DNA of 20,000 nucleotides from Chiloscyllium plagiosum (taxonomy: Eukaryota): positions 4,692,739 to 4,712,738 of the forward strand of contig NC_057758.1 in the NCBI RefSeq assembly GCF_004010195.1. Reading direction: 5' to 3'. The translations under genes were made by a program, and so were the position numbers. Shown here piece after piece: positions 12,001 through 19,915 of this stretch (position 1 is its first letter; each line of letters starts with the position of its first letter). The notes beneath the pieces were generated by a model. That model saw only the letters and a list, made by a program, of their open reading frames with translations, had not been told where the DNA came from and searched no databases.

Positions 12001-12509
12001 AGTGAGCATGACGGTGTGGGAGTGTGTGGAGAGTGAGCATGACGGTGTGGGAGTGTGAATCAGAGTGAACATTCCTGGCTGGGAGTGTGTTTGGGAGAGA
12101 GCTTGACGGTGTAAAGTGTTTAGGAGAGTGAGGTTGATGGTGTAGGAGTGTGTGGGAGATTGAGCGTGACGCTGGAGGTGTGTGTCAGAGAGTGAGCATG
12201 ATGGTGTGGGACTGTGTGTGAGAATGAGCGTGAAGGTGTGGGAGTGTGTGGGGAGTGAGTGTGGCGGTGGGGAAATGTGTGGGGGAGTGAGCGTGATGGT
12301 GTTCTAGCAGTGAGGGTTACCATGTGGGAGTGTGTGAAACAGTGAGCGTTATGGTGTGGGAGTGAGTGTAATGGTTATGAAGTGTGCAGGGGGTGAGTGT
12401 GATGGTTACGGAGAGTTTGGGGGAGTGAACTGTGATGGTGGGGGAGTATGTGGGTGGTGGTGTGTGCGGGGGAGTGATTGTGACTGTGTGGGAGTGTGCG
12501 GGGCTGTGA
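1..12509. repeat. Degenerate 32-bp G/T-rich tandem satellite array (consensus approx. GGTGTGGGAGTGTGTAGGAGAGTGAGCGTGAC); runs off the left edge and ends at an assembly gap
   Basis: GTGAGC(G/A)TGA recurs at 8891, 8923 and 8955, i.e. 32-bp spacing. Variants of GGAGAGTGAGCGTGACGGTGTGGGAGTGTGTA occur continuously across the region. The + strand is dominated by G and T with C depleted. Confidence 0.96.
3748..3845. other. Assembly gap (98 N) inside the satellite
   Basis: Run of N; satellite sequence continues in the same orientation on both sides. Confidence 0.98.
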
Positions 12510-13009
12510 NNNNNNNNNNNNNNNNNNNNNNNNNNNNNNNNNNNNNNNNNNNNNNNNNNNNNNNNNNNNNNNNNNNNNNNNNNNNNNNNNNNNNNNNNNN
12601 NNNNNNNNNNNNNNNNNNNNNNNNNNNNNNNNNNNNNNNNNNNNNNNNNNNNNNNNNNNNNNNNNNNNNNNNNNNNNNNNNNNNNNNNNNNNNNNNNNNN
12701 NNNNNNNNNNNNNNNNNNNNNNNNNNNNNNNNNNNNNNNNNNNNNNNNNNNNNNNNNNNNNNNNNNNNNNNNNNNNNNNNNNNNNNNNNNNNNNNNNNNN
12801 NNNNNNNNNNNNNNNNNNNNNNNNNNNNNNNNNNNNNNNNNNNNNNNNNNNNNNNNNNNNNNNNNNNNNNNNNNNNNNNNNNNNNNNNNNNNNNNNNNNN
12901 NNNNNNNNNNNNNNNNNNNNNNNNNNNNNNNNNNNNNNNNNNNNNNNNNNNNNNNNNNNNNNNNNNNNNNNNNNNNNNNNNNNNNNNNNNNNNNNNNNNN
13001 NNNNNNNNN
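12510..13009. other. Assembly/scaffolding gap (500 N) separating the satellite from TE-rich sequence
   Basis: Exactly 500 N; a round number typical of a placeholder gap of unknown size. Confidence 0.98.
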
Positions 13010-13020
13010 GATAGCTCATA

Positions 13021-13200
13021 TTGACCCATCCAATGTTACATGTGACTCCAAAGCAACAGCACTCTGGGTACGACTAGCCTGCTCTGTTGTACATGTAAGT
13101 CCAGACCTATAGCACTGTTCATGTTGTTTGACCCGCTCTGGCCTGACATGTCCCACCAGACCCACTTCACGGTGGTTGCGACTAAACTGCGAATGAAATG
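13021..13200 (+). repeat. Three diverged ~54-bp tandem copies of a SINE-core-like segment
   Basis: ACATGT anchors at 13038, 13091 and 13146, each followed by an NNNNCCA(A/G)A motif. The third copy continues ...CCAGACCCAC...GTGGTTG...AACTGC...TGAAATG, which resembles a tRNA-SINE core common in sharks (CTGGCCTACATGTGACTCCAGACCCACAGCAATGTGGTTGACTC..., from memory). Confidence 0.5.
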
Positions 13201-13369
13201 TCGGCTTTTGCTTTACGTTGGAAAGAGGACCTACCTTAAGCAGCTTCCCAGGCAGGATATTCCATCTTTCTGCCGTCCTCTGAATGAAACAGAAAATCTC
13301 ATTTCACTCCTCAGCCAATTGTTCGTCAGGCAAAGCTATTCTGCTCTGGTCTTAGACACTCCCCTGCAA

Positions 13370-13520
13370 TGGAGGGTTTCAAAACTTTGGAATTCCTTCC
13401 TTGAAAAGGCATATTCACAGAGATTCCTGACAAGCAACGGGATGAAAGCTGATTAAGGAATAGGTAGGAATGCAGAGTTGAGGAACAATCATGATCCAGT
13501 TGAATAGAAACTGACTGAAG
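13370..13520 (+). mobile_element. Old CR1-type LINE 3' fragment (end of ORF2 / 3' UTR)
   Basis: AGGGTT...ACTTTGGAATTCCTTCCTTGAAAAGGCA translates as RVSKLWNSFLEKA, similar to CR1 RVV.LWNSLP..A. It is followed by AGATTCCTGACAAGCAA...GAGTTGAGG.ACAATC.ATGATC...TTGAAT. Confidence 0.6.
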
Positions 13521-13648
13521 TATGCGTAATATGGATTGAAAGAAAAAAAACGTCTGGAAAAGCTCAACAGGTCTGCTATCTTCAATGGAGAGAAATCATA
13601 ATTAATGTTTTGGGCCGAGCGACTCTTCCTGAGGACTCAGTTCTGAGG

Positions 13649-13771
13649 GGAGAAAGTGAGGTCTGCAGATGCTGGAGATCAGAGCTTGAAAATGTGTTGC
13701 TGGAAAAGCGCAGCAGGTCAGGCAGCATCCAGGGAACAGGAGAGTCGACGTTTCGGGCATAAGCCCTTATC
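13649..13771 (-). mobile_element. Short, well-preserved Penelope-like terminal fragment inserted into the palindromic element
   Basis: GGAGAAAGTGAGGTCTGCAGATGCTGGAGATCAGAG...GCTGGAAAAGCGCAGCAGGTCAGGCAGCATCC...GTCGACGTTTCGGGCATAAGCCCTT, recognised from memory as a common shark repeat. It is flanked by the direct repeat CAGTTCTGAGG (13638-13648) / CAGTTCGGAGG (13772-13782). Confidence 0.65.
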
Positions 13772-13774
13772 CAG
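13741..13774 (-). ncRNA. Degenerate minimal type I hammerhead ribozyme motif (probably inactive)
   Basis: Minus strand reads CTGGATA-A-GGGC-TTAT-GCCC-GAAAC-GTC. Stem II hairpin and GAAAC/GUC are intact; the CUGANGA box carries two mismatches. Confidence 0.5.
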
Positions 13775-13892
13775 TTCGGAGGAAGGGTCAGTCGACGAGA
13801 AGGGTTAACTCAGACTTCTCTGCACGGATGCTGCCGAGCCCTGCCGAACTTTTCCAGTAATTTCTGTTGCACGTCGCGTGATTGATTTGTAG

Positions 13893-13947
13893 GCTAGCAG
13901 ACTCGAAGGGCTGAGTGGTCTCCAGTTGCTCTTATATTCTGTGTATG
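13893..13947 (+). mobile_element. CR1 LINE / CR1-tailed SINE 3' tail remnant
   Basis: GCAGACTCGAAGGGCTGAGTGGTCTCC..TTGCTCTTATATTCT resembles the reverse complement of the young CR1 tail at 14670-14710 (GCAGGCTCGAAGGGCAGAATGGCCTACCCCTGCACCTATT). Confidence 0.6.
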
Positions 13948-14377
13948 AATGACTCCACGGAGAACGTCTGGCTGCCTCTCCTACGGTTGCCTGCTGACGG
14001 AATACGAACACTCTTTCAGAGTTCTGCCCGTCAATGGTTCATTCACCTCCTGATGCAAGTCAACCCTGCTGTTACGTTTCCTCCCTGTTTGCACAATGTG
14101 GACAGAATTGACACAAATTTTGTTTCTTTTTTGGTGTTCGGCCAGCATGCAGGATGAATTTTGTCTCCTGATCCGAGCAAGCGTGACTCCCAATTTCCAT
14201 CCCTGTCTTGGAGCTCAGAACGCGAGAACACGGGTGAGTCTCAGTGTGGTGCAACAGGGTGATGCCTAACCCCCCTCTGAGTGAAACATCGCGCCTCCTA
14301 TCCCTTCCACAAAGGAAGGGTGCAGAATGATTCAGCGACTTTGCCTGCAGGCTGTGGTTTGTGTGTGATCGACCGTC

Positions 14378-14656
14378 GAATCAGAGAATCCAGGAAAGGG
14401 TAGGCGAGGCACTTCAGCCCATCGAGTCCGCACCGTGAAATGCAAAATAAAAGCTACGCGTGTGACTCGTTGCAAAACTTAGCGCATAGCTTTCACTTGT
14501 TCGGGCACTTCATGTGGTTGATGCAAGAGATTTTCAAAGATTGCGAGGTTGGCCACCAGAGCTACCCGCCCAGCCGAATAATTCCAGATCCCACAATCCT
14601 CCCGTTGAAAGGTTTCCTCGTCAACTCCTCCCCAAATCTTTTCCTTTCAATTTCAA
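14378..14656 (-). mobile_element. Old CR1-type LINE, 3' part (interrupted by a younger CR1)
   Basis: AGAATC...GAGGCACTTCAGCCCATCGAGTCCGCACC is a CR1 tail read on the minus strand. AATTCCAGATCCCACAATCCT...TGAAAGGTTTCCTC corresponds to the 'FF.QRVV..WNS' region. Confidence 0.55.
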
Positions 14657-15206
14657 TAGACAATAGACAATAGGTGCAGGGGTAGGCCATTCTGCCCTTC
14701 GAGCCTGCACCACCATTCAATATGATCATGGCTGATCATTCCTAATCAGTATCCTGTTCCTGCCTTATCTCCATAACCCTTGATTCCACTATCCTTGAGA
14801 GCTCTATCCAACTCCTTCTTAAATGAATCCAGAGACTGGGCCTCCACTGCCCTCTGGGGCAGAGCATTCCACACAGCCACCACTCTCTGGATGAAGAGGT
14901 TTCTCTTCATCTCTGTCCTAAATGGTCTTCCCCGTATTTTTAAGCTGTGTCCTCTGGTTTGGCACTCACCCATCAGTGGAAATATGTTTCCTACTGCCAG
15001 AGTATCCAATCCTTTCATAATCTTATACGTCTCAATCAGATCCCCTCTCAGTCTTCGAAACTCAAGGGTATACAAGCCCAGTCGCTCCAGTCTTTCAGTG
15101 TAAGGTAATCCCGCCATTCCAGGAATTGACCTCGTGAACCTACGCTGCACTCCCTCAATAGCCAGAATGTCTTTCCTCAAATTTGGAGACCAGAACTGCA
15201 CACAGT
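14657..15206 (-). mobile_element. Young 5'-truncated CR1-type LINE with (TCTATTG)n tail and 8-bp TSD AATTTCAA
   Basis: Uninterrupted ORF2 C-terminus, 3' UTR and CAATAGA tandem tail (14654-14673 on +). AATTTCAA occurs at both 14649-14656 and 15207-15214. Confidence 0.93.
14746..15201 (-). pseudogene. C-terminal 151 aa of CR1 LINE ORF2 (post-RT region), truncated and non-autonomous
   Basis: QFWSP.LRKDI.AIEGVQRRFTR.IPGM.GL.Y.ERL..LGLY.LE.RRLRGDLIETYKI...TRGHSLK...FF/LF.QRVV.VWNALP..AVEA.SL.SFK..LD are hallmark CR1 ORF2 C-terminal motifs. There is no true start codon. Confidence 0.92.
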
Positions 15207-15345
15207 AATTTCAAACCATGCCACCTGGTTATTGCCCTTTGGACTGAGGGGAGCAGCTTTGCACTGCTCACTCTGCCTGTGGCCCTCACGCACCAAACAG
15301 CTCTCACCGCTACCTTCTCTTCTCCAAAACCAACAGCCCAAGTAG
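15207..15345 (-). mobile_element. Continuation of the old CR1 interrupted by the young insertion
   Basis: AAACCATGCCACCTGGTT (minus strand T-R-W-H, cf. TRGH) resumes where the 14378-14656 fragment stops. It is followed by ...ACTCTGCCTGTGGCCCTCA...CTCTCACC...TCTTCTCCAAAACCAACAGCCC, a decayed 'GLF.LE.RR.R.D' region. Confidence 0.6.
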
Positions 15346-15375
15346 ATCGGGTTTCACTTTGTGGATAAATTGATC

Positions 15376-15850
15376 CATAGCATATAAATCCGTGCAGCAC
15401 AGGAGTGGCCCCTTCTGTGCCCCATAGTACCATTTTAAACTAATTATATCTGCCTGCACGTGGTTTGTATCCCTGTATAGTCTGTCTTTTCATCTGTCAA
15501 CCTAAACCCATTTTAAGCTTTGCTCTGATATTCACTTCTGTTACCTCCCCTGGCAGTGTGCTCCAATGACCCACAGCCCTCACTGTTAAAAAGAACAACT
15601 CAACATTCCTCACATGATTCCATAAATGTTTTTCTCCTCACCATCAATCTCTTTGTATGGGTATTTCACCTATCTGCCATGGGGAAACAACAAAAGCTCT
15701 ACCTGGGTAAACTAAACTAACCTCGCATCGTTTTCTGAGCTGCTGACACGTCCTCCCTCCTACTCCCCCAACATTCCTACGCTGTGGTGATCTGGACTGA
15801 ACATGGTCTTCCGACGGTCACCGAAGTCCTGCCCAGCAGCTCAGCCGCGA
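15376..15850 (-). mobile_element. Old CR1-type LINE 3' fragment
   Basis: CAGCACAGGAGTGGCCCCTTC tail; TGCCTGCACGTGGTTTGTATCCCT (G.Q.RAG); ACCTCCCCTGGCAGTGTGCTCCAATGACCCACAGCCCTC (RAVGHWSTLPGEV, cf. RVV..WN.LPGEV); later TGTGGTGATCTGGACTG (cf. QFWSPH). Confidence 0.6.
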
Positions 15851-16498
15851 CAGTGACAAAGCCATCCGCGTCCCTCCTTCTTGTCACTCTGTTAAAGCAG
15901 TGATCTGAATTGGGGCACTGAGACTTGGACAATTCCATGTTTGCAGGTGTCATTCAGTTTTGGTCATGTGTCTGAGAAAGCAGTGGGGCAAGGCTCAGTG
16001 GATTGACACCTTGAGATGGCAGATCGCTCCAATCGAAAACTCGAATCTTTTCCAGCGTTGTTAGGTTGTCTTTTGTTCATCGCTGGCAAGAAGGACACGC
16101 AGCACCCGCAGAAATATGGACATGTTCCTTCATTCTTTACTGAAACATTTTCACCCACAGGGTACTATACTGCAATAACTTCTGTCTAAATCGCATGGAA
16201 TGATTGGATCGAGGAGACAGAGGAAAAGAGAAAAATATTTTTAAAATGTGAACATTCGACATAGGAAGCTACCATCCTGTGGTCTCACTGAGGGGCACAA
16301 AGCTAGAAGAATACAGATTGTTGTCTCCCGTTTCTAATTAGAGGGTTCGAAGGGCCTGTACTGTGCTTCACTGTCCTCTCCAATGCCATATATATATCAT
16401 TAAATCGAAGAGAGGTAGGTTTGTTAGTTGAACAGTATCCTGGTTGTCTGTTCGTTTCTGAAAACACAGGCACGAAGGTTGTGTTCCCTCCTTCAGTC

Positions 16499-16560
16499 TT
16501 TTCTCTCTCTCTTTCCCTCTCTCTCTTTCTCTCTCTCCATTTCTCACTCTCTCACTCTCC
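16499..16560. repeat. Imperfect (CT)n microsatellite / polypyrimidine tract
   Basis: TTTTCTCTCTCTCTTTCCCTCTCTCTCTTTCTCTCTCTCCATTTCTCACTCTCTCACTCTCC. Confidence 0.85.
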
Positions 16561-17184
16561 CTGTCCCTTCACGAGGTAATATCAATCAGTCTGGGTGAAG
16601 GATATGTTTCCTTTCTGCCGCCCCGTGCTTAACAAGCTGTAACCGTGAGACACACAAGATGCAGCCCAAAATCTACTGATACTTGGACAGTCCATTGCTT
16701 CGGACGCATTTTTCGAAGCTCCCGAATTCGAAGGTCAGTATTTTTCCTCCCATTGCACCATTCCCAGGTACATGCGAAAGTCATTCACTCCCTCCATTCC
16801 GACATCGCAGCGAACTGAGTCATGTCCAAAATTCATTTCTTTCGTTGAAACTTCATTCACTTTCAATAAATGAAATCAATGTTTCCTGTTGGATCAGAAT
16901 GATTTTCGCAAATTATCCGTTATCCCTCTTCCACAGGCATTCCCCCTCTGTCAGTCCTCTGCACACCATCTCCTAACCTCATCACCCCCTCTCCTGTGTG
17001 ATCATCCAGGCCACCCCCTTAGTTTGACACCAGGGCTTGTTAATATCCCAACTCTTAGCCCTTCTATCATAATGGGAAGATTGAATCCAACAGATAGGAG
17101 ACTTGTCCCGGTCCGGAATGCGACCATTTATCGCTTGGTCTAATACTGGTTCCTCCGAGCAAGGAATAATTAATTAGTTAAAGT

Positions 17185-17790
17185 TTATCTTTAAGGGAAC
17201 CTACTATAAAAGATGTACTTGTTTCTGCTACTGTATAAGGCATCAGTCAGTCTGCAGTTTGAATATATTGGACACTTTTGACCGTCTTACTTCAGAAGGC
17301 ATACAGAGTCAATTCAGAGGTAGCTCAGTCAGTTGAGTCAAGTGGTGAAGGTTTGGCTTATGAAGAAGGTTTAAACAGTTAAAACCACTAATCTCCCAGT
17401 AGTTAGAAGAATGGGCTGAGATGAAATCGGAGTCTGCAAAATGCTAAGTCTCACTGATAAAGTCAATGTGGAACGGATGGTTCTTCAGATCGGGCGATGT
17501 AGAAGGACCGGTAATTGTTTTAGAATAAAGAATAAAGAATAATTGAAAGCAGAGATGGGGACGAATTACTTTCTTCTGAGTGTCGTCAGTCTGTGGAACT
17601 CACTGTCACAGACTGCAGTGGATGTTAAATATAAAAAGTATGTGGACAGATTTTTAACTGAAACCGTGTTGAAGGGAGGCGATGGGAATGTGGAGTTGGG
17701 GTTGAGGTAAGTTCAGCCATGACTGCATTAAATTATCAGAGGCTTGAGGGGTTGAGTCCCCTTCTCCTTTTCCTCGTTCTTCTTGTTTCA
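17185..17790 (+). mobile_element. Old CR1-type LINE 3' fragment (ORF2 C-terminus plus 3' UTR), heavily decayed
   Basis: CTGTATAAGGCATCAGTCAG (LYKA.V.), GGTTTGGCTTATGAAGAA (GL.YEE), AGAAGAATG, AAAGCAGAGATGGGGACGAATTACTTT, CTGTGGAACTCACTG (LWNSL), GACAGATTTTTA, TGGAGTTG...TCAGCCATGA...GGCTTGAGGGG tail. Confidence 0.75.
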
Positions 17791-18179
17791 CACAATATGG
17801 CTAATGCTAGGCTCGATTTGTATAGTGAGGAACTGACATAAGCCCTGTACGCTTCCCTCCACGAGCATCACTCTGTGGCGTCCAAAATGTACAAGTGATT
17901 CAAAATGTTGATCGCCTGTGCCAAGTAGTACTCACAGATTTGATCATGTTCTTCTGTGTGTATATTCCAGCAAAAGTCCGCATTTCAATAACATTTGTTG
18001 TTTGAATTATTGGAAGGCAGCCTACCATTCCCCTCCCTTTCAGACTTCCAAATGCCCCATGCCTCTGCTTTTCACGGATTGCAGCTTGGTTAAGACTCAC
18101 CGAGTTAGATACGACTTTGGCTTAGGGAAAATAATGGTGGGAAGTTGTAACAGGGCATTGAAATGAATTCAAAGGCAAC

Positions 18180-18400
18180 CAGGGGAAAAATAAAACTTGT
18201 CGCATCAGGAAGCTGATTGAGTTAATTGACAACACGAGTGGTAGACAAAGGACAACCCTTGAGCATGTTTTAAATACATTTCAAGAAGGCTTGATATAAG
18301 GTGCTCCACCGCGGAAATAAAATGCATGGGGTCTGGTAGGAAGTAGGCAGGAGCTACCTTGGGACATGTACAGCTTTTCAAGTCGTGCGACAGACGGTTG
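18180..18400 (+). mobile_element. Decayed CR1 reverse-transcriptase fragment
   Basis: GTGGTAGACAAAGGACAACCC (VDKG.P) ... TTTCAAGAAGGCTTGATATAAGGTGCTCCAC resembles the RT motif DF.KAFDKVPH with frameshifts; it is followed by AAAATGCATGGGGT (K.HG). Confidence 0.5.
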
Positions 18401-18874
18401 CTGGACGAAACCTCAAATATTTGCTGTATTTCCAAATCGTTCAAACACAGAGATGTGAGGAAAATTTGCCAATTTTGTGGATGGCAGAAAGATAAGCAGA
18501 AGGTTTGTGTTGGACCTGCACAGCTTGGGCACAGCTGAAATATTGCTTGCCCGTCTGGTCACCACAATACAGGAAGGAAGTGTTTGCTCTGGCAAGTTCA
18601 ATTGGAGTCTCGAGTTTCCACACCAGCAATTTCTCCACATCTCTGTCTTGATTCTGCAGCCCCAAACTGTTTCCTCCCGTTCTAGACGTCAGGAAACACC
18701 AGCTCGACCTTGACTTTGTCTTGCTTTCAGGCAGCTCACCCAGACTCACAGAGTCGTACCGTTGAGTGAATTTTGTTTTGTGAACATAGAAATAAATGCA
18801 AGAGGAGGTATTCAGTGAGGCCAGGCGCAAAGGGGCAGATAACAGACCTTTGCTGGACAAGTGAGAGAAAGCAA

Positions 18875-19200
18875 AGAAGTAATAAATTAGGTGGGACTGT
18901 TTTCACAGGAGAGAAGAAGGCGAAGGGGAGATTGGAGGGATGTTTTCAAAATCCTGACACGAGGCTCAACTGAACACATAGGGAGAAGGTTTTACCATTT
19001 GTACAAGGAACACGAATGAAAGGGGTGTACAGTTAACATAGTGTGCAAATGAAACAATAGTGAAGTGAGGAAATTTTGTATTCACCCAGTGGCTACTCGG
19101 GGTCTGGAGTGCATGGTCTGGAAAGATAGGCGAGGCAGGTTCAATACAAACTTTCAAGGCGGAAGTTGGATGTTTGTTGAATTGGAAATGAGATGCAAAT
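18875..19200 (+). mobile_element. Old CR1-type LINE ORF2 C-terminal fragment
   Basis: GGACTGTTTTCACAGGAGAGAAGAAGGCGAAGGGGAGATTGGAGGGATGTTTTCAAAATC = GLFSQERRRRRGDWRDVFKI (cf. GLFSLERRRLRGDLIEVFKI). Also GTGAGGAAA...TTCACCCAG...GTCTGGAGTGCA...GAGGCAGGTTCAATACAAACTTTCAAG. Confidence 0.75.
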
Positions 19201-19679
19201 GTCTGTGGAAAGAGTCCGGAAATTTCCATCAGGGAGATCAGGAACAGGACTGTGAACAGCGGGCAAAATAGCATCAGGGTGCGCCCGAAATAATCTGGGG
19301 GGGGATTCTGTGACATTGCAATTTGGACTAGCTCCCTGACACTTCCACCGAGCAGGAACAGACATGGAAAACTCTCCTTATTTCCTTACAGGGTATAACA
19401 ACGACCGTGAAAAAGCTGGTGGGATGTGCTCGGTCAATGTGTGCACAGCACTTCCAGTGGAATCTGCCATGAGGCTGTGCCTGTTTGAACAACGCTGTTG
19501 GAAGAGTCGGGGATCTCAGTGAAGCCTTGGGGACCCTGACTTCATTCGATAATTGCGATGACTGTGAATGTTGTGTAGGGTCTCCGAAATTCGTTGTTCC
19601 CTGAGAGGTGTAAATTAAACTGGCTGAATTGTGAACCACACATTGTCCGTGTCCCATGTGCTGCCACATAGACATGCCC

Positions 19680-19760
19680 GGGAAAAGTCAGGACGTCTGG
19701 CATAGAGAGAGAGAGGGAAGCAGTGTCAACATTTTGGGTCTGGTTGGACCTTTCTGCAGA
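19680..19760 (-). mobile_element. Degenerate single arm of the same Penelope-like terminal repeat
   Basis: GGAAAAGTCAGGACGTCTGGCA...GAGAGGGAAGCAGTGTCAACATTTTGGGTCTGGTTGGACCTTTCTGCAGA aligns by eye to the left arm at 13554-13635. Confidence 0.5.
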
Positions 19761-19793
19761 GAGAAACACAACTGTTCTTCCACCAAATATGGA

Positions 19794-19915
19794 CAGGGAG
19801 AAGAAGGGTGAGCAAGAGAGAGAGTGGGAGAGAGAGAGAGGGAGAGAGAGAGAGGGAGAGACAGAGTGGGAGAGAGAGAGAGGGAGAGAGAGTGGGAGAG
19901 AGAGAGAGAGGGAAA
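19794..19915. repeat. Imperfect (GA)n polypurine microsatellite
   Basis: GAGAGAGAGTGGGAGAGAGAGAGAGGGAGAGAGAGAGAGGG... Confidence 0.9.

Larger units (their letters stand above)
13554..13868. mobile_element. Palindromic (inverted-arm) Penelope-like terminal-repeat element, interrupted by an insertion
   Basis: Left arm CTGGAAAAGCTCAACAGG...GGAGAGAAATC...TTAATGTTTTGGGCCGAGCGACTCTTCCT (13554-13630) is the imperfect reverse complement of right arm AGGAAGGGTCAGTCGACGAGAAGGGTTAACTC...TTCTCTGCAC...CTGCCGAACTTTTCCAG (13780-13857). The family assignment rests on degenerate hammerhead-like cores. Confidence 0.65.

Noticed and set aside
458..12323. Long His/Thr/Ser/Leu/Pro-rich minus-strand ORFs as real genes (mucin-like or histidine-rich proteins)
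   Set aside because: They overlap in all three frames with the same repeat peptide, follow a 32-bp (non-triplet) period, and the longest ones run through an N gap.
1..12509. CRISPR array (32-bp periodicity)
   Set aside because: Units are directly head-to-tail and degenerate, with no unique spacers and no cas genes; the context is vertebrate.
1..12509. Telomeric repeat or immunoglobulin switch region
   Set aside because: No (TTAGGG)n tract. AGCT/GAGCT motifs are only occasional and no Ig exons are recognisable.
12356..13029. ORFs of 172-222 aa
   Set aside because: Almost entirely X residues from the 500-N gap.
14780..15103. 107-aa plus-strand ORF
   Set aside because: Antisense shadow of the CR1 ORF2 fragment.
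16345..16385. CGAAGGGCCTGTACTGTGCT, resembling a CR1/SINE 3' tail
   Set aside because: Too short to support as a separate feature.
16683..17143. Two short plus-strand ORFs and a faint resemblance to an internal CR1 segment on the minus strand
   Set aside because: Non-ATG starts and no recognisable domain; the repeat similarity is too weak to call by eye.
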